Source: Ionaspis alba (Eukaryota). From it: a stretch of 64,000 bases of DNA. Shown here piece after piece: positions 1 to 13,280 of the stretch. Both the position numbers and the translations under genes were made by a program. Every line of letters starts with the position of its first letter. Position 1 is the stretch's first letter. The notes under the pieces were generated by a model, which did no database searches, was not told where the DNA came from, and saw only the letters and a program-made list of their open reading frames with translations. The DNA lies in the NCBI GenBank assembly GCA_964255285.1, contig CAXUUL010000013.1, positions 1 to 64,000 on the forward strand. The letters are read 5' to 3'.

Positions 1-347
1 GAGTAGAAGTTACGTCATTTGATTGGGGGGAGGGTGTAGGAGGGACAATGATGGAGGCAGTTGGAGGTGGAATGGGAGGCTAATTTGTGGTAGTAGGCTT
101 ACGTCATTGTTGTTGGGGGAGGGTGCTGAGACTGTTTGTTGTTTTGTGAATGGAAGGGTGGAGAGGAGAATCGGGGGAGTGGAATCACTATGTGAGACGG
201 CCTCCCTTGTGGGATCTTTTTCCTCCTTTCCTTTTTTCTTATGAATTGTAATCATTGAAATGAATTGTGTAGCATGTGCCACGATTGACCATGGACGAGG
301 CCTCCCTGATTCTATATCCGTGCCTCGCAATTGATCTACAGTGGTGA

Positions 348-1874
348 CTACAGGTACTTCTGATGCGATCCCCTCATCCTCCGCTTGAAAAAGACGTAGC
401 CCGCCATCACTAGAATCTGGAAGATGATTACCATGATGACGTAGAAAGCCAGGTTCGGAGCCCGGCTGGAGATGATGTGACCCATTCGCTCTGGTAGGTG
501 CTCGAGCAGTGCATCGTGGCGGGCGTTGAGACCGGATTTGATGTCGTTGAAGTGAGTGGTGTAGTCCTTGGAACCGAGGTCCTTGTGTATGGTGGCAAGA
601 AGGTTCTCTAGCGTATAGAGCTTGTTATCAATGGCTTTGGTCTGGTCAGCTGTGGCGACCAGCTGCCTCATTCCATCGTCTCGACTCTGGACTTTGTGTG
701 AGAGATCGGAGACGTCACGCATGAGTTTGTCGATAGAGTGGCTCATGAGCTGGATACGATTATGAAGGTCGGCAAATTGGGCGTCTTGAGAGGTAATGGA
801 GGAGGCGAGAACATCTTGGAGCTGTTGTTCAGGTGTCGTTTGTTTGGTCTCTCGTGCATTGTTTTGTATAGGTAGCGGTGGGCTCCCACGAGGCTCTTCG
901 CGGGTATTGGACGTTGAGGTTTTGGTGACAAATTTGAAGACTTCGAAGGAGTCGGGGTTTTCAGAGGTGGCGGCTGTGATACCGAAGTAGTTGTTTGACG
1001 GTAGAAGGACCTTGGAAGGGATTAGATCGGTGGTGTTATCTAGCGCTATCGATCAAACTGACCTTGTCACTTCTGAAACATCTTTGGTCGTCAATATTGA
1101 CTTCAAAGCCGGTGTTATCTTGCTTCATTTGAATCCGAGAAGGTCGACCAAGATTTCTGTATGCATAATCGCAGTGTCCAAACGCCAGAGCTTCAATGTG
1201 ATGATGGTTCTTGAAGTCGGTTGTACCGTCATTGAGAAAACCTCGAATGCCGCCTCCCTAGAGAGTTGAGTATCAGCATTGACTGCTGTAGGCCAAGAGG
1301 TCCCAGCAGAACTGACTCGTCCACCGTGCATGTCTATAACCAATGCCATTCCCTCGAACTTCCCGACCGTATATATGCTCGAGCTTCCAATCTGAGCCTG
1401 ACTCTCCTTCGTGTACCATATTTGTAGATTTCCGCCGCCATGTTCAGGTCCCGAGGCTCTGAATTCGAAGTCTACTGTCCACTCTGGTTGTGCCAACCTG
1501 CTTCCGTTATTGTGGGCTCTTCCGGTAGATTACGTTCCACATACCTGCCGTCAGTCCAAAGAGAGCCACGCTTATTCCCCGGATGTGGTGGTGTCAGGAT
1601 GATCTTGTCAGAAAGCTGCCCCGTCTCTGTGAGCATGCCTTATAGCTAATTGTCAATGAGAACTCACCATCTGTGGTGTATATCCATCTCCAGATATATG
1701 CCAGCCGGGGATGGCATTCTTGTGGGTAGATAGCCTGGTCGTCATGAGCTCCTAGTCCAATTCTCGATACGAGGCACATAATTACCCTTGGCCATGACCA
1801 AAACTTGCACTTTCGACCACATATTGTGCATACGATATCGCAAATAGTGATGCTGCGAGTATCAAGTGCTTCAT
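348..1874 (-). CDS. L-type (legume-like) lectin cargo receptor, Emp46/47 / VIP36-LMAN family (spliced)
   Basis: ATG at 1874 gives signal peptide MKHLILAASLFAISYAQY; lectin segment EWTVDFEFRASGPEHGGGNLQIWY...FEGMALVID; coiled coil, C-terminal TM (FYVIMVIIFQILVMAGYVFF) and short tail KRRMRGSHQKYL. Confidence 0.88.
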
Positions 1875-2204
1875 AGCGAATGCGGGAGGTCTGAATCTTG
1901 AGGACAATTGCGACCGCAGCGAAGTTACTCCTGGTAGATAGCACTAAGTGTACAGGATAGTCGTCCAGGGCAGGCCTGCTGCCTGGTCGATATGGCTCAC
2001 TCTTTCCTAGTATGCGGTGGTACGATAGGAGGATTAATGGGTAGGTGGTATAGGGGGGCGCCAATAGTCGAGCACACTCCTCACAATACTCGTTGCAGTA
2101 AATCCAACAACAATAACAATTACACAATAACGAAGTTCTTTAGCAAATGACAAGGTAGAAGGGGATATGTCCAGCGAATGTCTTATGTTCAAGGTTGTGA
2201 ACGC

Positions 2205-2213
2205 GACAGCGTG
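2205..2213 (+). promoter_or_regulatory. UPRE-1-like element GACAGCGTG in the divergent lectin/ALG8 promoter
   Basis: Matches the core CAGCGTG of the yeast KAR2 UPRE bound by Hac1; lies between two ER/secretory pathway genes. Confidence 0.35.
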
Positions 2214-2459
2214 CCGTACCGCAATGTCTGATTGTAAATCCATTTATTCTCTGGAACACGTTCCAAGAGGTGGCTTCTTCTGGATAGCTGGCCAATACTC
2301 TCCCGCCTTGCTCGTGCAGGGATGGTGCCACAGCTCGGGTTTAAGGTTATTCAAGCACCAACGTCAGCGCTTTGTTTTGACCCAGATCTCCCTCTTGGGC
2401 TCCCTCGCTCCCTGGCTCTTTGCCGGCGGGTATGTTTCTTGCGACCGGATCCTTCTTCA

Positions 2460-4237
2460 ATGGCCGACTTCTATCCCACGATAGCACAATGCGCTGTCGT
2501 TACAGCGGCTCTGAAGGTGCTACTCTTCCCGGCATAGTATGTAAGCATTGTTGAGTCGTGTGCTGAGACTAGATGCTAAGCCTCCGATTGCAGTAAAAGT
2601 ACCGATTTCGAGGTTCATCGCAATTGGCTCGCGATCACCTATTCCCTACCCGTAAAAAGGTGGTACTATGAGGTGTGTATATGTAGAGACTTCACAATCT
2701 CTGGTGTAAGAGGCTTATTATGTCTTGCCAGGATCAATCGAAATGGACACTTGATTACCCACCCTTCTTTGCCGCTTTCGAGTGGCTCCTCTCCCAAGCC
2801 GCTCAATACGTCGACCAAGGGATGCTTGTGGTGCAAAACCTAGATTATGATAGTTGGCAGACGATTTGTTTCCAGAGGGGGACAGTGATTGCGACAGAGT
2901 TGGTCTTGGTGTACGCTCTGCAGAGGTATGGAGAATTCATATAGCCTATTATGGACATACTCGTTAAGTTACTGGTAGATTTGTGCAAAGCTCGCCGGTA
3001 TCTTCGAAGAAACTTTCACATGCTGTTGCGTTATCCATCCTGCTGTCTCCGGGACTTCTGATAATCGACCATGTCCATTTCCAGTACAATGGTTTCCTGT
3101 ATGGCATCCTTGTCTTGTCCCTGGTCCTGGCCAGGAATCACGCGAGCCTGCTCGCCAGCGGCCTTCTCTTTGGCTGTTTGCTCTGTCTGAAGCACATCTA
3201 TCTATATCTAGCACCGGCATATTTTGTCTACCTGCTACGGGTATACTGCCTAAGCCAGCGGTCGATCTTCCAAATCCGAGTCTTCAACTGCGTAAAGCTC
3301 GCTACTGGACTAGCTGCGGTGTTTGGTGCTGCATTTGGACCTTTCTATTACTGGGGCCAAATGGATCAGCTGCTTAGCAGACTCTTCCCTTTCTCACGGG
3401 GGCTATGTCATGCTTATTGGGCACCGAATGTTTGGGCAATGTATTCATTCATCGACAGGCTACTGATATTTGGTAAGTCGCCATGTGTAAATCTGGGATG
3501 TTGTCACTAAATCAAGAAAGTTGCACCCAAACTGGGATTACCTATCAAAGAAGCTGCCCTGAATAGTGTGACACGAGGACTTGTCGGTGATACAACGTTT
3601 GCAGTTCTTCCAGAAATATCCCCAAAGACGACGTTTGCTATGACTCTCCTTTTCCAACTAGTAAGACTATCCCAATGAATGGACCACCTCATGTCCACGG
3701 CTGATGTCCTCTCAGGTTAGCGTTATAAAGCTCTTCCGACAAACGACTTGGGAAACCTTCATTGGCACAGTCACTCTCTGCGGCTATGCATCATTCCTTT
3801 TCGGCTGGCATGTCCACGAGAAAGCCATTCTCCTCGTCATCATTCCATTTAGCTTGGTTGCGTTGATGGATCGCCGGTACCTTGGTGCATTTCGGCCTCT
3901 GGCAGTCGCCGGCCACGTTTCTTTATTCCCATTACTGTTCACCAAGGCAGAATTCCCGCTGAAGATTGTGTATACCATTTTCTGGCTCGTCTTGTTTCTA
4001 TTGGTATTTGACCGACTTGCTCCGGTCTCGCCCCAACCTCGAGTGTTTTTGCTCGACCGCTTCTCCTTCCTGTACATCGCAATCGCGATACCCTTGATCA
4101 TATACTGCTCTCTAATCCACGAGATGGCATTCGGACAGGAATACGAGTTTCTTCCTCTAATGTTTACAAGCACCTACTCTGCGGTCGGGGTGGTCGGCAG
4201 CTGGATAGGGTTCATGGTGGTCTACTTCAATGCATAA
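2460..4237 (+). CDS. ALG8: Dolichyl-PP-Glc1Man9GlcNAc2 alpha-1,3-glucosyltransferase (spliced)
   Basis: Spliced motifs [71 protein letters not shown]; multi-TM. Confidence 0.96.
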
Positions 4238-5303
4238 TCAATAGATACCCCTTTTGCAAGATATCATACATTACGAGGTAGTCACATTGCATTAAACCAA
4301 TATGAGTCCTCGTCCTCTGCACGAATCTTGCACAGTGAATGCCAGTGCCGCGGACTAATATTGGCCAGCCTGATAGCCTACTGGATGCCGAAGCAAGACC
4401 GAAGCATATGAAACATGAAATTTCCTATACTAGTGTTTGTATGTGGGTTACAGGTCTGCAGACATTCGCCAGTGTGAGCATTCATCAAGGGAAGTCGTTA
4501 GAAGACCGCCAATCACGATGACACCAAGCTGCTACCCGACTGGGTGCGCAAGGAGGTTGCCTGCATGGAGGCCATTCATTACCGGGGACAATAGCTTCTT
4601 TTGACAAGATCACATGAAGCTGTGGTCGCAATGTGACAGATCTCGTGAATCTAGCGATTCGAATGAGCCCATAAAGTACTATATCGCGGCGTTGTGTGGA
4701 TGTGCAGGAGCAAGAGGACATTGGCGAGGGTGTGGAGGGAGACGAGGGATGGGGCATTTAAGGTATTCCAATCCCGGAGGCCTCACGCCCCAGCATTTAG
4801 GCTCGGCAGCAAATCGTGTGCTAGCATTGTCGGCTAAACCCTTCTCGGCCCTCCCTCCTCCCAGAACCCAGCTCTCTTCTCTGCCCATCTTTCCTTCTCG
4901 CAATTCCAACCACGCTCTCTCCTCCACATCATCCTCTCCATCCACCATCCACTCCAGGTCTATCAGTATATTCACCAACCACCTCGAATCACAAACACTA
5001 ACCCTAAGACGCGTGAAAAGCTGCATATGTAGGTCTTTCGATGTTTATATATCCGTTTCAACTCACATGTGAGCGTGTTGGACTGTCAGATCGAGCTGTC
5101 GGCAGTCCATGACTTCTATTGGGCCAATCCGGAGACTGCCCTCATCAGATCTGTAATCCTACGAATGCTTAGCCCTAATTCATTTACCTTGAATTTCCAT
5201 GCTGTTTTTCGTACCAGGCTAATTTTTCGGAAGTAGCTTTAGACGCCAAGAATTCAACGGCCTACGGGCAAACCAGTAATTTCGCCACTGTGCCCGAGGA
5301 ATC

Positions 5304-8300
5304 ATGGTAAAATCGACAATATGCTGAGACTGCCCAACATTGACCATTATAGGTCCTGTTCAAGAGGAAACCCGTGCAGTACCTGCCAAGACCGGGGATT
5401 TTTGACGATCAGGAAGTATGACCACCCTTCATTGATCGTTATGCCCACAGCTGACATCCAATGGAGATATGGGTTATAGAAGCAACGGAGGAGATGTTCA
5501 CCAACTATGACGACTACCTTGCACGGTTAGTTCCCGCATATCGTGTTCCGCGCCAGGGTTAGGGCTAATGTCGCTAGTATCGAGTTCTACAAGCAAGTAC
5601 GTCCAGTCAACAATACATCATTGATTAGACCTCACCATTGGATCGAAGGCTAAATGGACGACCAGAAACGTTTCATCTGCGAAATCACCGGCCACTCTGG
5701 CCTGGACTTCTTCACGGCTCTCAGTAACGAGGTAAACTTTATAGTTATATTTACTATGTCTGGCTCAAGTGAACGGCTAATCTGACCAAAATCAGACCAA
5801 CGCCTCTCTAGAAGTAGATGACTCGTTTCCCGACGCGCTGCGTGAGCCCATCTTGAGGAAAGTACAGTTCTCCACAATATCTCGAATAGATAACTTGGGT
5901 CAGTAACCTGTGTTGTGGCTTCGCTGGCGTGGAGCTGACACTTAAATTCACAGTGGACCATATCTTCGATGTCTGTGCACACCAAGAGCATCCTCCTATC
6001 TGGTTACTAACTTTGGCATAGGAGTTTAAACAAGATTTTTACCCTGGCGAGAGTGTCACGGTCTTGCTTGATAATGGCGATCGCTTGAACGGGGTCGTGA
6101 GAGAAAAGACAAAGTTCCCTGACCTCGTTGGACCAGATGGCAAGGTACAGCGCAAAGCGTTTGCTCGGTACTTTGTCAGCCTCACAAGTCGTCCCGACAA
6201 AGAAGCTCTAGTCGACTCTGACCACATCGTACGAGATCGAAAGACCTTCACCAAGCAAATGTTACGATCATTTCTTAAAAATGCTGTGCAGCGTGAAGCA
6301 TGGACTGGTGCTCCGTGGGTGGTGAAGCACAAGTTCGCTGCCGAATATCGCATTAGCGAGGAGGTCCCGCTGCATCTCCGATATGACCAGCAAGTTGCCC
6401 AGAGAAAGGCCAACTTGACTTTAAAGAAGGGAGACTATGATGGTACTCTGCTCAGCTTCTTCCAACCTCAGAAAGGTTTACCTGAGCTCAAACCTAAGAG
6501 CCACAAAGGCAAGAGCTCTCAATCTGAGTCCGCACGTACTAGGGAGGAGCAATTTCTCAACTATCAACGTATGTTAACGGGAAACCCTAACTTGGGGTTT
6601 GGCAGAAATATGCCTACCCACCCGAATGATCCCCAGTACATACAATTCATAAGCCAACACCCCGGTTTTCCGACTCTTGCCGCGAAAGGCGTCCCGAAAC
6701 CACCAGCACCTCCTCCGATCAAGTACCCAATCGAAGATCTGGAGATTCCACCTGGGAAAGAGCTTTCCTGTCGTCCTCTGCTGAAGTGGTTGTCAGATGA
6801 TATACCTGGTCCTCCTCCTGTCCCCCGATCCAATGGAATCCCCTCAGGCATCAATCTGGAATCTGTCGGTCCGCTACTGGAAACCTGGAACACGCTGAAT
6901 GTGTATTGCGAGGTCTTCCAGTTGGACTCCTTCACCTTCGATGATTATATCCAGGCTCTTCAAATCACATCCGAAGACGTTCAGTGCGAGCTTCTCGCTG
7001 AGATAAATTGTGCTGTGCTTAAGAAACTTGTAAACAACGAGAAAGACTTGAATGGTCAGGTTCAGATAACTTTGCCAGCAACTGTCCAGGAGGAAAGCGA
7101 AGGAGATTCATCTCGAGAGAGAAGCTCGGCGCCCACTCCGACGCCTGAGCCGGAGATCAAGCCACGCACTACCAGAAGTAGCCTAGCAAAGACCGAAGCC
7201 GCAGAGCAGATGGCGGCTGCCGCAGCCGATACCAAGCAGCATCGCGGTGGTGAGATTGACCAGTGTGTTCGAGGGTACGGATGGCGGCCTCGGTTGCGGA
7301 AAAGAGACTTTGCAAATGGTAGCTGGGTTATCATTGTCGTAGGGTTGCTCAATCTATTTACTGCGAGCCCACGTCTGCGCAAGACTTGTGATGATATATT
7401 GGTCAAGCTTGCACCGTTAAACATGGAACCGATTGAGGAGACAGCTATCTCGCAGTACGCGAAGCTTGACATCAATACCCGAGTAAGAATAATCCAATTC
7501 TTATGCATGTTATCACTGGAAACACAGGCCATCCGAGGTTACATGGAGGATTGTACGTATCAAATGACCCAGTTTCGCAAGGAGAAAGTTGAGTGGCAAC
7601 GAGCTCGCAAGGCAGCGTAAGTCGCCGTGTCTCACTACAAGATGATGAAGCTGATCGTGTGTAGTGTTGAGGAATTGAAGATCCTCAATGATGAGCGGAA
7701 AGCTCTACAGCCTGAAGAAGCCTCACCGATACCTGAGCTAGAGGAGCTGGAAGAGCTTGAGGATCTGAAGGTGGACGATCTTGAGGTAGACGACGATGGA
7801 GACACTGTCTTGGATAGTGAAGAAGAGCAGCCGGTGCAGCAACGCTCCCTTCGTCGGGCAAATGATCGAGCTATTGAGCGCAAGAGAAGGCTTGAAGAGG
7901 AACGGCTGCGTAAGGGGAGGGCCGAGATAGAGAAGGCAAAGAAGCCGACTAAAGAGGCCAGGCGACTGGAGAAAATACTCAAGAAGATTGAAGAAGCCAA
8001 AGACAAGATCAAGGAGTGCGAAGACGAGGTTGCTACACTTGACAACGATCTCAGAGAAGCCGATTGCCCCCGAACTAGAGTTCTGGGAAAAGATCGATTT
8101 TGGAACCGCTATTACTGGATGGAACGCAATGCTATGCCGTATGCTGGCTTACCGACAAGCTCCACAGCAGATGCAGGGTATGCCAATGGTTGTATCTGGG
8201 TGCAAGGTCCCGATGACATCGAACGCCATGGGTTCATCGAGTTAGCCCACAATGAGAACGCACAATACCGTAATGCATTCCACATGACAGTCCCGGAGCG

Positions 8301-8781
8301 CAAGATGCTTGAGGAAGGAAGCACGCACGTCTTCACAGCTCACCAGTGGGGTTTTTACGACGACCCAGATCAACTGGATAAGCTCATTGGGTGGCTAGAT
8401 GTCCGGGGCATCCGTGAGATTAAATTGCGAAAGGAGCTGCAAGCACAACGCGACAAGATAACGCTCCACATGGAGAAGCGGAAGCAATACCTCAGCAAGG
8501 CTATTAACAAACGATCCGAGTCCATAGAGCCGCCTACCAGGATATCGACACGAACGAAGTCCCATATGGAACCGTCGCCATACCGATGCATGGGTTGGAG
8601 GAATACCACGGCATTGAACGAGCTTGGTCACATCCATTCAGAGCCAGCTAGAGGACCGAAGAGAGGAGTTGCAAGGATCACAAGCAAGAAGGTCGCGGTG
8701 GAGGATGAGGGAAGGCAAACCCGTGCCTCCAATCGATCTGGAAAACCTCTGACCAGGCAGGGCAGCCGGTACAACTTCTGA
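5304..8781 (+). CDS. ITC1: ISW2 complex subunit Itc1 (WAC + DDT + WHIM/WSD domains), multi-exon
   Basis: Spliced N-terminus M|VLFKRKPVQYLP...KRFICEITGHSGLDFF (WAC); DDT LLETWNTLNVYCEVFQLDSFTFDD; LGKDRFWNRYYW and WLDVRGIRE (WSD). Confidence 0.92.
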
Positions 8782-9932
8782 GCGAATTCACGCGCCTTGT
8801 AAGCGCCCACTCGCTGGTGGCAGCACTGCCCTCTCCGTTGAGCTATACTTTCCGGCTTACTTCTAGCTGGGTTCTGATTTTCGACTATCTATTTTCTTTC
8901 CTTTAGAAGTCTGAACGGTTGACTGGAGATCGACATGAAACTCACGACTTATGGTTAATGGGAGGACTGGCATATCTTGGTGTCTTTAGCCGCAAGGCTC
9001 AACTCATGGGCGGCTTCATCTGCTGGCATTGTGGGAGCTTGTTCGGCATGGTGTGGTGGCTAGTTCTGGCTTTCCGCCTAGCACGCTTCTTGCTCAGCTA
9101 GGAGTTCAACAGCTGTATATTAGGGACTATTTAGAACTAGATCTCCGCAAAAGATGTACCAAGTTGGCCTGTGCACTCCCCAGATCATGCCTACTGGGTC
9201 AGTCTGCCCGGTGTATGCCACTCGGTCGGGAGTCGACATCTGTTTTGTCATCAGACACATGGGTGTTTCACTGACGGCTCATCCATAGATAGTTTTTCTG
9301 TAAAGTTGTTTGGACCAAGATCACAAGAAAGAGGTGAACAATGCAAAAGTGGACTCAAATATTGGAGCTGTCAGATTTTTTTTTTGCCAACTTGTCAGGT
9401 ACGCGTAGTAATATTAACACAGCCAACGTTTTCGCTGAAATGAACCAAACTAGCCTAAATCGTTTTTGAAGCAGAACTCACGGAGAATTGCTGAACCTTA
9501 CATGGAGTTCTCGTGCCGACCCAGAATGTTCTAAACACTCCTGCTGTTGCTATGCACGATTTTGGACTCTTTGCAGGCATTTATGAGTATCAGGCAATAA
9601 CCAGAACTTCAAACCAATCTGACAGCCAATACACTCTACTTTTTAGGAGAAGGTCGTATGGGTGATCGGAGGGTGCTGTGCTCCGAGGCGGGATAACTTT
9701 ACGGGGAAAAGTATCTCCGGCTGGTGAATATGATATCGTATCATTCCGCACGTTCTTGTGAACACTAACAAGTCAAGGACGAAGTGTTACTCTTAGCAAG
9801 ATATTCTAATATTACGGACATAGATATGACTGACGCGAGTCGTAAAGGTAGTGGCTGTTAGTCCCGAAGACGGTATTGATTCTATCACTAAATCCCGAAC
9901 CAGTATCTCGAGCATCGAGCTCGGAGGCCAGC

Positions 9933-11341
9933 ATGATTGACCCCGCAGCAGTCGCAAAGCTGCTCCCTAAGAAAGACAGCACGTCTGGGAAGGTGAAGAT
10001 CAAGAAAGCCGGTTCGAAGCTCAAGGTCGAAGCCAATGGTGAGTTGCCAGGATGTGGAGACTGAAGTCTTCTAAGACACCTTCTGACCACAATCGTCTAC
10101 TAGACGTACAACAATCAGGAACTCCTCGTAGCGCGTCTCCCGACTCTCCCCTGATCAAAGAAATCGACAATGACCTCCGCGCCACCTTCGCTACCGGCCG
10201 TCCAATGGAAGATAAAGCAGACTTGATCCAATGCAAGCATTGCAAGAAGCCCATGCTCAAATCCGTCGCTGCCCCACATATGAAACTCTGCCTACAGAAG
10301 AAGAAGGAGCGTGAGCAGAAGAAAAAGGAGCAGAAAGAGGCTGCCCGCAAGGCTCGTGAGGCTCGTGAAAAGGGCAAAGACATTGCTGCTGCGTCCGACG
10401 CCGAATCCACGATCGTCACAGGAGGAGCAAAGGATGCTACTGGTGACGCAGATTCTGCAAGCGGCGAAATCAAGACGGCGAAAAAGAGTGCGGCAGGGCC
10501 TACGGATAAGTCGAAGAAGCGTAAAGCGGAGACGGCGACAGAAGGTGAAAAGGAGCCAAAGAAGAAGAAGACGAAGAAGGAGATCGAGGCCGCGAAGGTC
10601 AAGGTCGCGAAGCCGAAGGGGCCCGTCGATGTCGAGAAGCAGTGCGGAGTTCTGCTTGCGAATGGCGCTTTCTGTGCTCGAAGTCTGACTTGCAAGAGTC
10701 ATGCGATGGGAGCGAAGAGAGCGGTGCCAGGCAGAAGTCTGCCCTATGATATGCTCTTGCAGGCGTATCAGAAGAAGAACCAGGCGAAACAGCAGAGTAA
10801 GTGTTCTTCTTCTCTTCGTTGTTCCGATATATGTGTATCCAGACCTGGGTTTCTTGCACTACGTTATATTTTGTGGAAATACTCTACTTATAACGCTGCA
10901 GAAGCCGCCATCGACGCCAACGCCCCTCTAGTTGACGATATCGACGCCACTGGCCCCGTAGACTCAGATGAAGAGAGGGACCTCGTGATGGCCGCCATCG
11001 CACGTTCGCGCCCTAGGCCAATGGATCAGCACATCTTCGTTCCGATGAGGAAGAAGTATGCGTTCGTACGCATGAAGGAGATGCTGAGTAACGCACTTGG
11101 CGGAAGTAGAGGGGGCGGAATGTTCGGAAATTCGCAGGGCATGGCCGCTCCACCGCCCGTAATGGCTGGAGTAGGGACGGGTTTGAATGGCGGAGACGCA
11201 AGCACCAGTGGCGAAGGTTCCGGCGAGGCCACCCGGAGAGCGAGTACGACGAGCCAGGGTCCCAGACCCGGAGTCGGACCGGTTCCACTGGGACTGCCGG
11301 TCAGGAAGGTTTCAATTGGTGGCGCATCGGTTGCGGCATGA
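9933..11341 (+). CDS. SGF73: SAGA deubiquitination module subunit Sgf73 (ataxin-7 homolog), 2 introns
   Basis: Zn finger QCKHCKKP...H...C; SCA7 domain KGPVDVEKQCGV...CARSLTCKSHAMGAKRAVPGRSLPYD; DSDEE motif. Confidence 0.95.
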
Positions 11342-11563
11342 TTGGCGTGCATGGTATGGAGGAGCTGCGTTTTTGGACACAGTTCAGCTGGGTCGGTGTT
11401 TGGGCTACGGATTTATGATACCCGAGAGAATGCTTATGTTTATCTCAATATCGCTCTAGGACACGGACGGAGATCTTTGGCTTCTTGCTCTGGTAGTATA
11501 GCATAGTATTGCTCTGTTTACGACGATATTCTCTGCAGATTGTTACTCATTCCCACGGTATCC

Positions 11564-13280
11564 TCAGCTATCATGCCTGGTAAAACACAGAGTAGCATTC
11601 GTGCCTCCGAAGCCAAAGCTATTCGATAACACGACGTCGACCTTCTTCTTCTGTGCTTCAAGCGGCACATAATTGAATCGGAATTCGGTCTTGTCAACAT
11701 CGGTGAGATTTAGGGTAGGAGGAACGATGTTCTATAATGTTAGATGGCTCCGGATCAGGCACGACGTTGGAGATGAAGGAAGAGGCAGAGAATGAAGATA
11801 AACTCACATCCCTCATAGCCAGCACTGAGAACAAAGCTTCCACGGCACCCGCCGCACCCAGCAAATGCCCTGTAGCACCCTTGGTACTACTCACACAGAC
11901 GTTCTCTACTCTCATCCCGTTCTCTTCACACAGCAAAGTAGCAATGGCCCGGTTCTCGGCACTGTCACCTAACGGAGTGGATGTTGCATGCGCGTTGATA
12001 TAGTCAACACTTGAAGGTGGGATCTGGGCAAAAGCGAGAGCACGCTTCATACCCCGGAAGGCACCTTCGCCCGATGGTGGGGGCTGCGTGATATGGAAAG
12101 CATCGGAAGTGGCTGCGTAGGATGAGAGGCGGGCGTATATAGGGGCTTGTCGAGCTAGAGCATGGTTGAGTTCCTGGTAGATGGTGAGTATTGCTTGCCA
12201 ATTGCTTTGCACCAGTTGATTTCTCCATCTGCAGAACTTCGTGGAAGTGATTAAGGTGTTCTCATACTTCTAAAACTAACACTCCTGCACCCTCTCCCAT
12301 CACGAACCCGTCTCTGTCACGATTGAAAGGTCGGGATGCACTCTCTGGAGTCTGATTCGAGCTCGTAGTCAAGCTTCTGGAGCGCTCGAAAGCTGTGATT
12401 GCTAGTGGATGGACGCAAGATTCTGCACCGCCGGCCACCATGACGTCCGCATCGCCAAAGGCTATGAAGCGTGCTGCATCGCCGATGGAGTGAGCACCTG
12501 TTGTGCATGCAGTGCTAGCAGCGTGGACAGGGCCCTTAAACAGATCAGATAGGAGGGACCGCTTAGAGTATGGCACCACTCACTTTGAAGCCATATTTGA
12601 CAGAGATGTGTCCTGCGGCGAGGTTGACGAGCATTCGTGGAACGAAGAATGGCGACACTTTCTTTGGCCCCTTTTAAGCAGTCAGAAGTCGTCCCGAGCG
12701 ATGTGAAGATGGGTAGACCGGCGTACAGAATCATGGAAGGCGAGAGACGTATTGTAGACGTCCTCGAAACTGCCAATACCTGATCCGAGGCAGACACCCT
12801 GACGCCAATTGTTAGCTGTTCTATGGTCGTAAGCTGAAGATGCTTGACCCTTACGGTCATCTCCTGCTCGTGAGGGTCCTCCGGATACCAATTGGCGTCC
12901 TCAAGCGCTTCACTTGTAGCCACAGAAGCATATTGCATGAATTTTGATAATCGACGCTCGTCCTTGTTCTAATCAGATTGCTTCTCTTCTCCTGAACATT
13001 CGAGTTGCGGAGATACATCTTTGCTTAGCCAATCTTGGACACGCCAACCATTATCTTTCGAACCATCGGGTACAACACCTGCTACTTGGCACTGTAGCTT
13101 CTGGAAAGCTTGGCCATTACTGGTAAGATTCTTGATGCCGCATTCTCCTTCTAGAAGGCGTCTCCATGATGGGCGAACCCCTTGAGTCCAATGAGCATGT
13201 ATGTCATGATTACAACTGGGAAACGAACCGACTCCTAGTGGCGTTATTGCTCCAAGCCCAGTAACTACTACTCGTCTCAT
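11564..13280 (-). CDS. CEM1: Mitochondrial 3-oxoacyl-ACP synthase (KAS II / OXSM), multi-exon
   Basis: [16 protein letters not shown]; catalytic [26 protein letters not shown]; last exon [15 protein letters not shown]...HDS* ending 11564. Confidence 0.95.

Noticed and set aside
4600..5303. Telomerase RNA gene (template-like CTAACCCTAA, hairpin, Sm-like AATTTTTC)
   Set aside because: Only ~300 nt separate the motif from the ITC1 start codon, whereas filamentous-ascomycete TERs are ~1.5-2 kb; no pseudoknot or CR4/5 recognised; the Sm-like site is imperfect
11564..13280. Ketosynthase as a PKS / secondary-metabolite cluster
   Set aside because: Stand-alone type II mitochondrial KAS flanked by housekeeping genes
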